Assembly (NCBI GenBank): GCA_965261975.1
Contig: CBDHEC010000042.1
Location: 1 to 17,326 of the forward strand
DNA: 17,326 nt
Origin: Alphaproteobacteria bacterium
GTDB taxonomy: Bacteria > Pseudomonadota > Alphaproteobacteria > UBA6615
Reading direction: 5' to 3'
The stretch's first letter is position 1, and each line of letters starts with the position of its first letter. This document shows, piece by piece, positions 7,317-17,326 of the stretch. The notes beneath the pieces were generated by a model. It saw only the letters and a program-made list of their open reading frames with translations. It ran no database searches and was not told where the DNA came from. The position numbers and the translations under genes are program-made.

Positions 7317-8618
7317 CTAGCTCCGGTAGTCGGCGTTGATCGAGATGTAGCCGTGGGTCAGATCGCAGGTCCACACGGTACCGCGCCCGCGGCCGATGCC
7401 GAGATCGATGTCGATATCGATCTCCTTGTCCTTCATGTGGGCCGCCACCGGCGTTTCGTCGTAACCCGGCACCAACTGGCCCAGCTGGGTGATCTGCACG
7501 CCACCGACCGCAATCGACAGGCGGTCCCGGTCCGCCTTCTCGCCGGCCTTGCCGACGGCCATGACGATCCGGCCCCAGTTGGCGTCCTCACCCGCGATGG
7601 CTGTCTTGACCAGGGGCGAGTTCGCCACCGCGAGGCCCACGGCGCGGGCCGCGCGCTTGGATTCCGCACCCTTGACGTTGATGGTGACGAACTTTTGTGC
7701 CCCCTCGCCGTCACGCACGACCTGCTGGGCGAGATCGACAAACACCTCGCGGAGTGCGGCCTTGAAGTCGGCCAGCACCTTGTCGCCCGCGCCCTTGATC
7801 CGCGGCTGGCCCTTGGCCTGGCCGGTCGCAAACAGCAGGACGGTATCCGAGGTGGAGGTGTCGCTGTCGACGGTGATGGCGTTGAAGGATTCGTCCGACG
7901 CCCAACGCACGAGCCGCTGCAGCACCGGGGCGGGAATCTTCGCGTCGGTAAACACGAAGCCCAGCATCGTCGCCATGTCGGGCGCGATCATGCCCGAGCC
8001 CTTGGCGAAACCCGAGATGGTGACCAGGGTCTTGCCGATGCGCACCTTGCGGCTCGCGCCTTTCGCAAAGGTATCCGTCGTCATGATCGCGTCGGCGGCG
8101 GCGCGCCAATTCCCGGCACCCAGCGCACGCTTCATCTTCGGCAATTTACTCGCGATATAGTCGGGCTCGCGTGGCTCGCCGATAACGCCGGTCGAGGCGA
8201 CATAGACGTCCTGGGCGCGGCACCCGAACAAATGCGCGGCCTGGCCGGCAGTCTGGGCCACCTGCAGGTCACCGGCGAGACCGGTGAAGGCATTGGCGTT
8301 GCCGGAGTTGACGACCAGAGCCCGCGCCTTGCCGCGCGGCAGGATGGCCCGGCACCATTCGACGGGTGCCGAGGGACATTTGGAACGGGTGAGCACACCG
8401 GCGGCCGTGGTCCCCGGCGCGAACGCCGCAACCATCAGATCCTTCACGCCGCGTTGTTTTTTCAGACCGACCGAAAGCCCCGCCATGCGCACGCCGCGGA
8501 CATTGGCCAGCGCGGGAAAACGTGCCGGCGCCAGCGGCGAGCGCGCCAGTGCGGACGCCTTGCCTGCGGCAGGCGCAGTCTTCCTGGATTTTGGTTTGTT
8601 TTTGGCCGCTTTCGCCAT
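7317..8618 (-). CDS. argJ: Ornithine acetyltransferase / N-acetylglutamate synthase ArgJ
   Basis: Contains NSGNANAFTG, STGVIG, IMTTDT, the autocleavage motif KGSGMIAPDMA|TML, DSDTSTSD, RDGEGA, ANWGR and the C-terminal TCDLTHGYISINADYRS. Confidence 0.98.
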   Translation of the reverse strand: MAKAAKNKPKSRKTAPAAGKASALARSPLAPARFPALANVRGVRMAGLSVGLKKQRGVKDLMVAAFAPGTTAAGVLTRSKCPSAPVEWCRAILPRGKARALVVNSGNANAFTGLAGDLQVAQTAGQAAHLFGCRAQDVYVASTGVIGEPREPDYIASKLPKMKRALGAGNWRAAADAIMTTDTFAKGASRKVRIGKTLVTISGFAKGSGMIAPDMATMLGFVFTDAKIPAPVLQRLVRWASDESFNAITVDSDTSTSDTVLLFATGQAKGQPRIKGAGDKVLADFKAALREVFVDLAQQVVRDGEGAQKFVTINVKGAESKRAARAVGLAVANSPLVKTAIAGEDANWGRIVMAVGKAGEKADRDRLSIAVGGVQITQLGQLVPGYDETPVAAHMKDKEIDIDIDLGIGRGRGTVWTCDLTHGYISINADYRS

Positions 8619-8670
8619 GGCAGGAACCCCCGGTAAATCTTCGACCGGGGCCGCCTCCGCGACGCAGTTG

Positions 8671-9558
8671 CTACTGCTGGGGGGCAGCCTCGACCGGCGA
8701 GCCGTCGAGATTGAACATCGTGATCTCGGCTTTGCTCCGCAAGTCCGCCATATGCGCGGCGATCAACTCACGCGTCAACTGCTGTTCGAGGGTCGGCAAA
8801 GATTCCTCGAACGTGGGCGCCGGCTGGCGGCGCTTGTCGAGAACCTTGATGACATGCCAGCCGAAGTCGGTCTGGACCGGGTCCGGGCCGATTTCACCCG
8901 GCTCGATGGCGAAGGCCGCGCTGGAGAAAGGCCCGACCATGGCGCTGCGGGTGAAGTAACCCAGATCACCGCCACGCGCCGCACTGGGCCCCTGGGAGCG
9001 CTCACGCGCGAGGTCGCCGAAATCGGCCCCGCCCTCGAGTGCCTTGATGATGTCGTAACCGTCTTCCTCGCTTTCGAGCAGGATATGCTGGGCATGGACT
9101 TCCAACGGCCCCTCGGTGTTGGCGATGGTCTCGTCATAGGCGGCGCGCAAATCCTCTTCCTTCAGGCCGTCAACGATCAGCCGGTTCATGTAGGTCTGCT
9201 GAATCGCGACCCGGGTGAACTCTTCGATCTGGGCCAGCACCTCGGGATCATTCTCGAGATCGTCGGCACGGCCGGCCTTCACCAGAAGCTCCCCGTCCAC
9301 GAGCTGCTGGACAAGCTGGGTGTAGACCTGGTTCACCGGCGCCTGACGGAACTGTTCGGGCAGGCGCTGGAAGGCGATCGCCACGTCCGACTGGTGAATT
9401 TCGGCTCCGTCCACCACGGCCACGACCGGGTCGGCCGCTGCCTCCGTTGCGGCTTCAGGGGTGCTGCTCTCCGTGTCACCGTCCTGCTGGGCTATGGCCG
9501 GTGCCATCCCGAGGGTCATGAAAACGAGCACGAACAACGCGGCGAGAGTGCGAGACAT
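8671..9558 (-). CDS. Secreted parvulin/PpiC-type peptidyl-prolyl cis-trans isomerase, 295 aa
   Basis: AGGAG SD before ATG 9558. Sec signal peptide ending AIA|Q. Contains HAQHILL, FGDLARERS.GPS...GGDLGYF, MVGPF and PVQTDFGWHVIK. Confidence 0.95.
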   Translation of the reverse strand: MSRTLAALFVLVFMTLGMAPAIAQQDGDTESSTPEAATEAAADPVVAVVDGAEIHQSDVAIAFQRLPEQFRQAPVNQVYTQLVQQLVDGELLVKAGRADDLENDPEVLAQIEEFTRVAIQQTYMNRLIVDGLKEEDLRAAYDETIANTEGPLEVHAQHILLESEEDGYDIIKALEGGADFGDLARERSQGPSAARGGDLGYFTRSAMVGPFSSAAFAIEPGEIGPDPVQTDFGWHVIKVLDKRRQPAPTFEESLPTLEQQLTRELIAAHMADLRSKAEITMFNLDGSPVEAAPQQ

Positions 9559-9781
9559 CGGGGAAACTCCTGTGGATGGCCGGTCGGGGATGATCAAACC
9601 CGACGGCCTTTTCGAAAGGCGGGCTAGACTGCCGTGTTCGTGAATGGGGCACAAGATGCACACGGCGTTGGCGGTATTCGTCACACGGCAATGTGAATCG
9701 GAATTCTGGCAACAAAACGGCATTCGGGTGATGGTTCGATGCCACGACCGGCTCGGGGCCTTGATCCGACCGGCAGCGACA

Positions 9782-9810
9782 TTGACACATGTTCGGGCGC
9801 ACCCTAGACA
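9782..9810 (+). promoter_or_regulatory. Putative sigma70 promoter for secA
   Basis: Perfect TTGACA (9782-9787), 17 nt, TAGACA (9805-9810). A -10 lacking the final T is common in Alphaproteobacteria. Confidence 0.55.
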
Positions 9811-9923
9811 ATGCGCCCACAATCCCCATCTATCCGGGAGCAGCTAACTGCCCCCGGAGCCAGCGGCGACTCACGGGCAGATCTTGCCGCAGATGTCAGC
9901 ACAAACGGGTTCGAGGTAGAGGT

Positions 9924-12647
9924 ATGGTCCTCAGTCTGGTCACACGGGCCTTCGGAACGGCAAACGACCGCTATCTGAAGCGGCTCCAAAAGGATGTCAG
10001 CGCGATAAACGCGCTCGAGCCGGAACTGGAAGCGCTCGACGATGCAGCGCTGCGTGCGCGCACCGATATGTTCCGCGAACGGCTCAAGGCCGGCGAAAAG
10101 GTCGACGACCTCCTCGTCGAGGCCTTCGCGACGGTCCGCGAGGCGGCCAAACGCACCCTGGGCCAGCGGCATTTCGATGTGCAGCTCCTCGGCGCGATGA
10201 TCCTGCACAAGGGCATGATCTCGGAGATGAAGACCGGTGAGGGCAAAACCCTCGTCGCCACGCTCGCGGTGTATCTGAACGCGCTCGAAGGCAAGGGCGT
10301 GCATGTGGTCACGGTGAACGACTATCTGGCGCAGCGCGATTCGGCCTGGATGGGACAGGTTTACGAATTCCTGGGCCTGACCACCGGTTGCATCGTCAAT
10401 TCACTGTCCGATGAGGAACGCCGCGCGGCCTACGCCGCCGACGTGACCTACGGCACGAACAACGAATTCGGCTTCGACTATCTGCGCGACAATATGAAGT
10501 TCCACCTCGAAGAGATGGTACAGCGCGACTTCAACTTCGCGATTGTCGACGAGGTGGACTCGATCCTGATCGATGAGGCGCGCACCCCGCTGATCATCTC
10601 GGGCCCGGTCGAGGATTCGTCCGAGGCCTATGTCCTGGCCGACAAACTGATCCCGCAGCTGGTCGATGAGGATTTCGAGGTCGACGAGAAGGCCCGCGCC
10701 GCGACCCTGACGGAAGAAGGCGTGGAACATGCCGAGGCCATTCTGATCGCAGAAGGGCAGCTCGAGGAAGGTGCGAGCCTCTACGACATCACCAGCGTCA
10801 CGATCCTGCATCACGTGAACCAGGCCCTGCGGGCCCACAAGCTCTTCCAGCGCGACAAGGATTACATCGCCCATGAGGGCCGGATCGTCATCATCGACGA
10901 GTTCACTGGCCGCATGATGGAGGGCCGGCGCTTCTCCGACGGGCTGCATCAGGCGCTGGAAGCCAAGGAAGGCGTGGAGGTTCAGAACGAGAACCAGACC
11001 CTCGCCTCGATCACGTTCCAGAACTACTTCCGGCTCTACCCCAAGCTCGGCGGCATGACCGGCACGGCGATGACGGAATCTGCCGAGTTCGCCGAGATCT
11101 ACAAGCTCGAGGTGGTGGATATCCCGACCCACCGCCCGATGGTACGCGACGACCAGAATGACGAGGTCTACCGAACCCTCGAGGAAAAATACAACGCCAT
11201 CAACGAGCTCATCGAAGACGCCAACAAGCGTGGCCAGCCCGTACTCGTCGGCACGGTCTCGATCGAGAAATCGGAAGAGGTTTCGGCCGCCCTGAAGTCT
11301 CGCAAGATCGCCCATGAGGTGCTGAACGCGCGCCATCACGAACGCGAGGCCCAGATCATCGGCCAGGCGGGCGTGCCCGGCGCGGTGACGATCGCGACGA
11401 ACATGGCCGGCCGCGGCACCGATATTCAGCTCGGCGGCAATCTGGACATGCGCCTCGAGGCCGAGCTCGCCGATATGGAAGCCGGGCCCGCGCGCGACGA
11501 GAAGGAAGCCGCCATTCGCGCCGAGGTCGAAAAACTCCATGACGAGGTGATTGCGGCAGGCGGCCTGATGGTCATCGGCACCGAACGGCACGAAAGCCGG
11601 CGGATCGACAATCAGCTGCGCGGCCGGTCGGGGCGCCAGGGTGATCCCGGCACCTCGCGTTTCTTCCTGTCGTTGCAGGACGACCTGATGCGCATCTTCG
11701 GATCCGAGCGCATGGACGGCATGCTGACCAAGCTGGGTATCGAAGAGGGCGAGGCGATCGTCCATCCGTGGATCACCAAGGCACTTGAAAAGGCACAGCA
11801 GAAAGTCGAGGCCCGCAACTTCGAGATCCGCAAGCAGCTGCTGCAGTATGACGACGTCATGAATGACCAGCGCAAGGTCATCTATGAACAGCGCAAGGAT
11901 CTGATGCGGACCGACGACGTGTCCGACACGGTCAAGGCGATGCGAGCCGAAGCCCTCGAGGATCTGGTCGCGCGCACGATCCCCGAGAAGGCCTTCGCCG
12001 AACAGTGGGACACGAGCCTGCTGCACGAGGAGACATTGCGTATCTTCGGGCTCGATGTCCCGGTCGAGGAATGGGCGGCCGAGGAAGGCATTGCCGACGA
12101 GGAAATTCACGACCGGATCGAGAAACTCGCCGACGAGCACATGGCCGCGAAGGTCGCCAATTACGGCGAAGAAATCATGCGCATGGCAGAGAAGAACCTG
12201 TTGCTGCAGATTCTCGACCAGCATTGGAAAGACCATCTGCTGCGCCTCGACCATCTGCGCCAGGGCATCGGTCTGCGCGCGTTCGGCCAGAAGAACCCGC
12301 TGAACGAATACAAGCGCGAAGCGTTCGACATGTTCCAGGACATGCTCGGCCGCCTGCGCGAGGGTGTGACGCAAATTCTCAGCCACATCGAGATTCAGGT
12401 GAATGCGCCTGAGGCGGTGCCCGCACCCCAGTCACCGCAGAACATCGAGGCCGAGCATTCAACCGTGGGACAGTTCGGCGACGCCACTCCGCGCCCCGAA
12501 AATGGCAGCGCATCAGCGCGCAGCAATGCCGCGGCTGCCACGATCGACCCCGATGACCCCTCGACCTGGGGCAAGGTGCCGCGCAACGCGCCATGCCCAT
12601 GCGGCAGCGGCAAGAAGTACAAGCACTGCCACGGCCGAAACGCCTAG
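9924..12647 (+). CDS. secA: Preprotein translocase ATPase SecA, 907 aa
   Basis: Contains [61 protein letters not shown] and the C-terminal SEC-C motif [20 protein letters not shown] before ATG 9924. Confidence 0.99.
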   Translation: MVLSLVTRAFGTANDRYLKRLQKDVSAINALEPELEALDDAALRARTDMFRERLKAGEKVDDLLVEAFATVREAAKRTLGQRHFDVQLLGAMILHKGMISEMKTGEGKTLVATLAVYLNALEGKGVHVVTVNDYLAQRDSAWMGQVYEFLGLTTGCIVNSLSDEERRAAYAADVTYGTNNEFGFDYLRDNMKFHLEEMVQRDFNFAIVDEVDSILIDEARTPLIISGPVEDSSEAYVLADKLIPQLVDEDFEVDEKARAATLTEEGVEHAEAILIAEGQLEEGASLYDITSVTILHHVNQALRAHKLFQRDKDYIAHEGRIVIIDEFTGRMMEGRRFSDGLHQALEAKEGVEVQNENQTLASITFQNYFRLYPKLGGMTGTAMTESAEFAEIYKLEVVDIPTHRPMVRDDQNDEVYRTLEEKYNAINELIEDANKRGQPVLVGTVSIEKSEEVSAALKSRKIAHEVLNARHHEREAQIIGQAGVPGAVTIATNMAGRGTDIQLGGNLDMRLEAELADMEAGPARDEKEAAIRAEVEKLHDEVIAAGGLMVIGTERHESRRIDNQLRGRSGRQGDPGTSRFFLSLQDDLMRIFGSERMDGMLTKLGIEEGEAIVHPWITKALEKAQQKVEARNFEIRKQLLQYDDVMNDQRKVIYEQRKDLMRTDDVSDTVKAMRAEALEDLVARTIPEKAFAEQWDTSLLHEETLRIFGLDVPVEEWAAEEGIADEEIHDRIEKLADEHMAAKVANYGEEIMRMAEKNLLLQILDQHWKDHLLRLDHLRQGIGLRAFGQKNPLNEYKREAFDMFQDMLGRLREGVTQILSHIEIQVNAPEAVPAPQSPQNIEAEHSTVGQFGDATPRPENGSASARSNAAAATIDPDDPSTWGKVPRNAPCPCGSGKKYKHCHGRNA

Positions 12648-12661
12648 ACCTGGGATAGCAA

Positions 12662-13666
12662 ATGGTCGATTTCGGTGTTTTCGATCACCTCGACCGCCGG
12701 GCCGGCGTGCCCGATCAGACAATATATGAAGACCGGCTGCGCCTGATCGCAGCCTATGACGCGGCCGGGATCGCGATGTATCACCTGGCCGAGCACCATG
12801 CGACGCCGCTTGGCCTGGCGCCGTCGCCCAGTGTGTTCCTGTCAGCCGTCGCCCAGCGCACCAGGAGCATGCATTTCGGGCCGATGGTCTATTGCCTGCC
12901 GCTGTATGAGCCGCTCCGCCTGATCGAGGAAATCTGCATGCTCGACCAGATGAGCGGCGGGCGGTTCGAGTTCGGGGTCGGCCGGGGCATTTCGCCCTTC
13001 GAGGTCGCCTATTTCGGGATCGACAAGGAGAATGCCGGGCCGATCTATCTTGAGGCCTTCGAGGTCCTCAAGCGCGGCCTGACATCGGATGTACTGAGTT
13101 TTGCCGGCGAACATTTCAACTATGACGATGTCCCCATGATCGGCTCACCGGTCGGCAAGCCTCACCCGCCCATGTGGTATGGGGTCGCGACCCCCGACGG
13201 CGCGGCCTGGCCGGCCACCCAGAAGATCAACGTGATCAGCAATTCACCCTGCAAGATCGCCCGAAGTGCGACCGACCAGTATCGCGAAACCTGGAACCGG
13301 GTGCATGGCGGCGAGGTGACCGCGAAGCTCGGCGTGGCCCGGCATATGTTCGTCGCCGAGACCCAGGCCGAGGCCGACCGGATTGCGGGCCGGGCCTATG
13401 CCGCCTGGTATGAGAATTTCATCAACCTGTGGCGCAAGTTCGGCGTCGAGGACCCGGCCTATGCCTCGACCCTCGAGACCGCGCGCGAACGCGATGCGAT
13501 CATTGCCGGCACGCCGGAAGTGGTTACATCGGAGATCGAACGCCAGATCGAGACGGCGGGGCTCAACTATTTCGTGTGCCGGTTCGCCTATGGCGATCTG
13601 AGCTTCGAAGAAGCCTCGGGATCGTTCGATTTATTCGCGCGCGAGGTCATGCCCCGCTTCGCCTAG
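12662..13666 (+). CDS. LLM-class (luciferase-like) flavin-dependent oxidoreductase
   Basis: 334 aa. Contains FGVFD, LAEHH, PSP..FLSAVAQRT, PLRLIEEICMLDQMSGGRFEFGVGRG, P..KPHPPMW, IAGTPE and FAREVMPRF. Confidence 0.93.
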   Translation: MVDFGVFDHLDRRAGVPDQTIYEDRLRLIAAYDAAGIAMYHLAEHHATPLGLAPSPSVFLSAVAQRTRSMHFGPMVYCLPLYEPLRLIEEICMLDQMSGGRFEFGVGRGISPFEVAYFGIDKENAGPIYLEAFEVLKRGLTSDVLSFAGEHFNYDDVPMIGSPVGKPHPPMWYGVATPDGAAWPATQKINVISNSPCKIARSATDQYRETWNRVHGGEVTAKLGVARHMFVAETQAEADRIAGRAYAAWYENFINLWRKFGVEDPAYASTLETARERDAIIAGTPEVVTSEIERQIETAGLNYFVCRFAYGDLSFEEASGSFDLFAREVMPRFA

Positions 13667-13674
13667 TTCCAAGG

Positions 13675-14631
13675 TCAGGCCAGCCCGGCATTCCCCAGAT
13701 TGAGGAACTTCTCGCGCCGCTGCGCCAGCAGCGCAGGACCGTCCATGCCGTCCATCGCCCGCAATGCTTCATCCATCGCCTTGTCGACGGCGGCAATGGC
13801 GGTTGCGGGCTCACGATGGGCCCCGCCCAGGGGCTCGGGCACGATGCCGTCGATGAGCTTGAGCTCGGCCAGGTCCTGGGCCGTGATCTTGAGCGCCTCG
13901 GCGGCGTCCTGCGCCCGCTCGCCGTCGCGCCACAGGATGGACGCGCAGCCTTCGGGCGAGATCACCGAATAGACGGCATGTTCCATCATCAGGACCGTGT
14001 TGGCCGTGGCGATCGCCACGGCGCCGCCCGATCCACCCTCGCCGATGATCACCGACACGAACGGCACCTTCAGCCCCAGCGACACCTGAATGGCGCGCGC
14101 GATCGCCTCGGACTGGCCGCGCTCCTCCGCTCCCACACCGGGATAGGCACCCGAAGTGTCCACGAAGGACAGGATCGGCATGTCGAACCGGTTCGCCAGC
14201 TCCATCAGGCGTTGTGCCTTGCGGTAGCCCTCGGGCCGGGCCATGCCGAAATTATGGTGCACCCGGCTCTCTGTATCGTTGCCCTTCTCCTGGCCGAGCA
14301 CGATGACGGGGCGACCGTGATAGCGGCCAATGCCCGAAACGAGCGCATTGTCTTCGGCGTAGAGCCGGTCGCCGGCCAAGGGTACGAACTCCGTGATCAG
14401 CCCGGAAACATAGTCGCCGCATTTCGGCCGCCCAGGGTGGCGCGCCACCTGGACCTTCTGCCAGGCCGAGAGCTTTCCATAGGTCTGGCGCAGCTGACGG
14501 TCGACCTTCTCTTCGAGCTTGCCGACTTCCTCGGCGATGTTGAGATCGCCATTGTCGGACAGCCTGCGGAGCTCTTCGATCTGGCCTTGGAGTTCGGCGA
14601 GCGGTTTTTCAAATTCAAGAAAATGAGCCAT
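13675..14631 (-). CDS. accA: Acetyl-CoA carboxylase carboxyltransferase subunit alpha
   Basis: 318 aa. Contains FLEFEKP, VARHPGRP, FGMARPEGYRKA, DTSGAYPG..AEERGQ, GEGGSGGA and YSVISPEGCASILW. Confidence 0.98.
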   Translation of the reverse strand: MAHFLEFEKPLAELQGQIEELRRLSDNGDLNIAEEVGKLEEKVDRQLRQTYGKLSAWQKVQVARHPGRPKCGDYVSGLITEFVPLAGDRLYAEDNALVSGIGRYHGRPVIVLGQEKGNDTESRVHHNFGMARPEGYRKAQRLMELANRFDMPILSFVDTSGAYPGVGAEERGQSEAIARAIQVSLGLKVPFVSVIIGEGGSGGAVAIATANTVLMMEHAVYSVISPEGCASILWRDGERAQDAAEALKITAQDLAELKLIDGIVPEPLGGAHREPATAIAAVDKAMDEALRAMDGMDGPALLAQRREKFLNLGNAGLA

Positions 14632-14640
14632 GGCGTTCTA

Positions 14641-15590
<950 letters not shown>

Positions 15591-15594
<4 letters not shown>

Positions 15595-17326
15595 CGCACC
15601 TGTGCGGCAAGCGCCGCGCGGGATATCGCTTGCGCGTCCGTCTCCAGCCCCACGCGCTGCAACCCGTGCACCACATTGGCGACCACGCCCGCATGCGGCA
15701 CCTCGCCTGCCTGCCCGAGGACGATCATCGCGTAGAGCACGACTTCCGCACGGCGCTTCGCGATCGCCGCACGCGCCAGCCCGGCAAGTGACGCGGCGTT
15801 CGGGATGGGGCCAAGTTCCTCCGCGCCACCCGGCGCAGTGACCGGCACGTCGCGCCAATTTTCTTCCGATACCGGGTCACCGAGTACCTGCAGCAAATAC
15901 AGTGCCGTGCCGATCTCGGCTGTTCCGTCGTTATTGATCGCCAGATCGATCCAGCGGTCCAGACGCGTGGGGCTCCAGGGCACGGGTTCGCGCGGCGCTT
16001 GCGCGACCAACTGGCCGAGCCTGTCGGCCGCAGCGGGGCTGACCACCGCCCCGCGGGGCGGCGCGGCAATGTTCGCGGGCACGCCGGTCGGCGGCACAGT
16101 GGCTTGCGTCTCTGGTGTAACGGGATCGGGGGCGTCAGGCTGGTTGCGACCGATGACGCGCATTTCCGGCCACAGGAGCGCCGTTGCCCGCGCCATGTCC
16201 GCCACGGATCGCGCCTGCCGGACGACGAGCTGATACCATTCGATCGCCAGTGCGTCCTCGCCCGCCAGCAGGGCCGCGCGCGTCGCGGCGGCGGCGAGCC
16301 AGCCGAAATCCGAGGTTACAGGGACATCCGCGAGCAATGCCGCGGTGGTGGTCATGACGATGTCATCGAGTTCCGCCGCCTCGGCCAATGTCCAGGCTTC
16401 CCACAAGGCCTCCGAGCGTGCGATCGCGACATTCTGGTTGCGCGCGACCAGGTACAGATAGGCGAGCCAGACATCCCGGTCGACGCTGTCCGGTTCGAGC
16501 ATCGCCGCGGCAATGGCCTCATCGCTTGCGCCCAATCCCTCATACACGGCCACGACATCACCGGCGTCCACCACCCCGCGCTGCAGGGCACGATGCGCCA
16601 GGGCGAGCTTGCGCGGCTGATCGAGCTGCGGCGACTTCAGCATCGCACGCACCAGTGCCGGATCGTTGCTCGCCAGCATCCATTCCGGCACCTCTGCCTT
16701 GCCAACGGTGAGCATCGCGAAGGTGAGAATATCCATCGCGCCCGGCGTTTCGAGTTGTTCGGGCGTGAGTTCCACACCCGCCGCCGCCGCATAGGCGATA
16801 TTCTCGAAGACCCGGTCAGTATCGCCGCGCTCCTCGCGCAGCAAGTCAAGACCCAGGGAAGCCTCGGCACCCTTGCCGGCCGCGATCTGACAAATGATCA
16901 GCGCCTTTTGCCAGAAGGGTTCCACATAGCCGGCCTCATACCCGTCCAGCACGTCACAACCCGCGGCGAGATCGCCACGCAGGAAGTTCGCGCCGACAAT
17001 CGACTGCCCGAGTTCATCCGGCACCCGGCGCGAATGCGCAGCCCGCGCCAGCTCAATTGCATCATCCGGCGCGCCGAGCGCGACCAGGCCCGCGACACGC
17101 GCGGCCAGAAAACCGGACTTCCCCTCACCACGCGGCGGCGTGGCGTTGGACAGCAAAAGGCGGCGGACAAGGTCACGCGCCTCCCCGGTCGGGGCCTGCG
17201 CCGGCAACGCCATCAGGAGACGAACCGCCGTGGCGTGATCGGTCCCGGCCCACATATCCTCGCCAAGCCCACCGTTGGCCGCATCCAGCAAACCGACCGC
17301 ACCCTCCGCCACGGCGCCAAGGCCGC
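15591..17326 (-). CDS. Large conserved hypothetical protein upstream of xerD (partial, 5' end outside window)
   Basis: Frame is open to the window edge (>577 codons). Motifs GLL...GGLG.DMW.G, RRLLLS.A.PP and FWQKALI.CQ resemble, from memory, the Ala-rich alphaproteobacterial family found before xerD. ATGA-coupled to xerD. Confidence 0.85.

Noticed and set aside
7312-7374. Possible ArgJ-MutT fusion, frameshift or extended MutT N-terminus
   Set aside because: argJ ends with its canonical INADYRS-stop, no slippery sequence is visible, and a GGAG plus TTG/GTG start explains mutT.
7353-9627. 427-aa and 447-aa + strand ORFs opposite argJ and the PPIase gene
   Set aside because: Antisense shadows of well-supported genes, with no motifs.
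9811-9978. 55-aa uORF ([10 protein letters not shown]...) as a SecM-like arrest peptide
   Set aside because: Its ATG abuts the -10 element and so lies upstream of the likely TSS. It has no signal peptide or arrest motif, and it runs out of frame into secA.
10401-12386. 661-aa antisense ORF inside secA
   Set aside because: Shadow frame of a GC3-biased gene, with no recognisable domain.

Overview
GC-rich core-genome segment of an alphaproteobacterium; gene content and order suggest Rhodospirillales-like. Order: <lysC(5' end) | ubiG> <DUF1178 | SAM-MTase> <grxC <comF | NDUFAF5/BioC-like MTase> three paralogous membrane-protein genes> <mutT <argJ <PpiC-type PPIase | secA> LLM oxidoreductase> <accA <xerD <large conserved hypothetical (runs off the right edge). 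I found no RNA genes, CRISPR arrays or mobile elements, and the sequence alone does not demonstrate a new system. Best leads: (1) a tandem array of three diverged paralogous ~280-295 aa membrane proteins coupled to the NDUFAF5-like gene, the third being AT-richer; (2) an unusually basic ArgJ with a Lys-rich N-terminal tail and a hairpin over its ribosome-binding region; (3) structured 5' leaders in front of lysC and secA; (4) the uncharacterised helical protein translationally coupled to xerD. All family calls are by motif recognition, and all counts and folds were done by hand.
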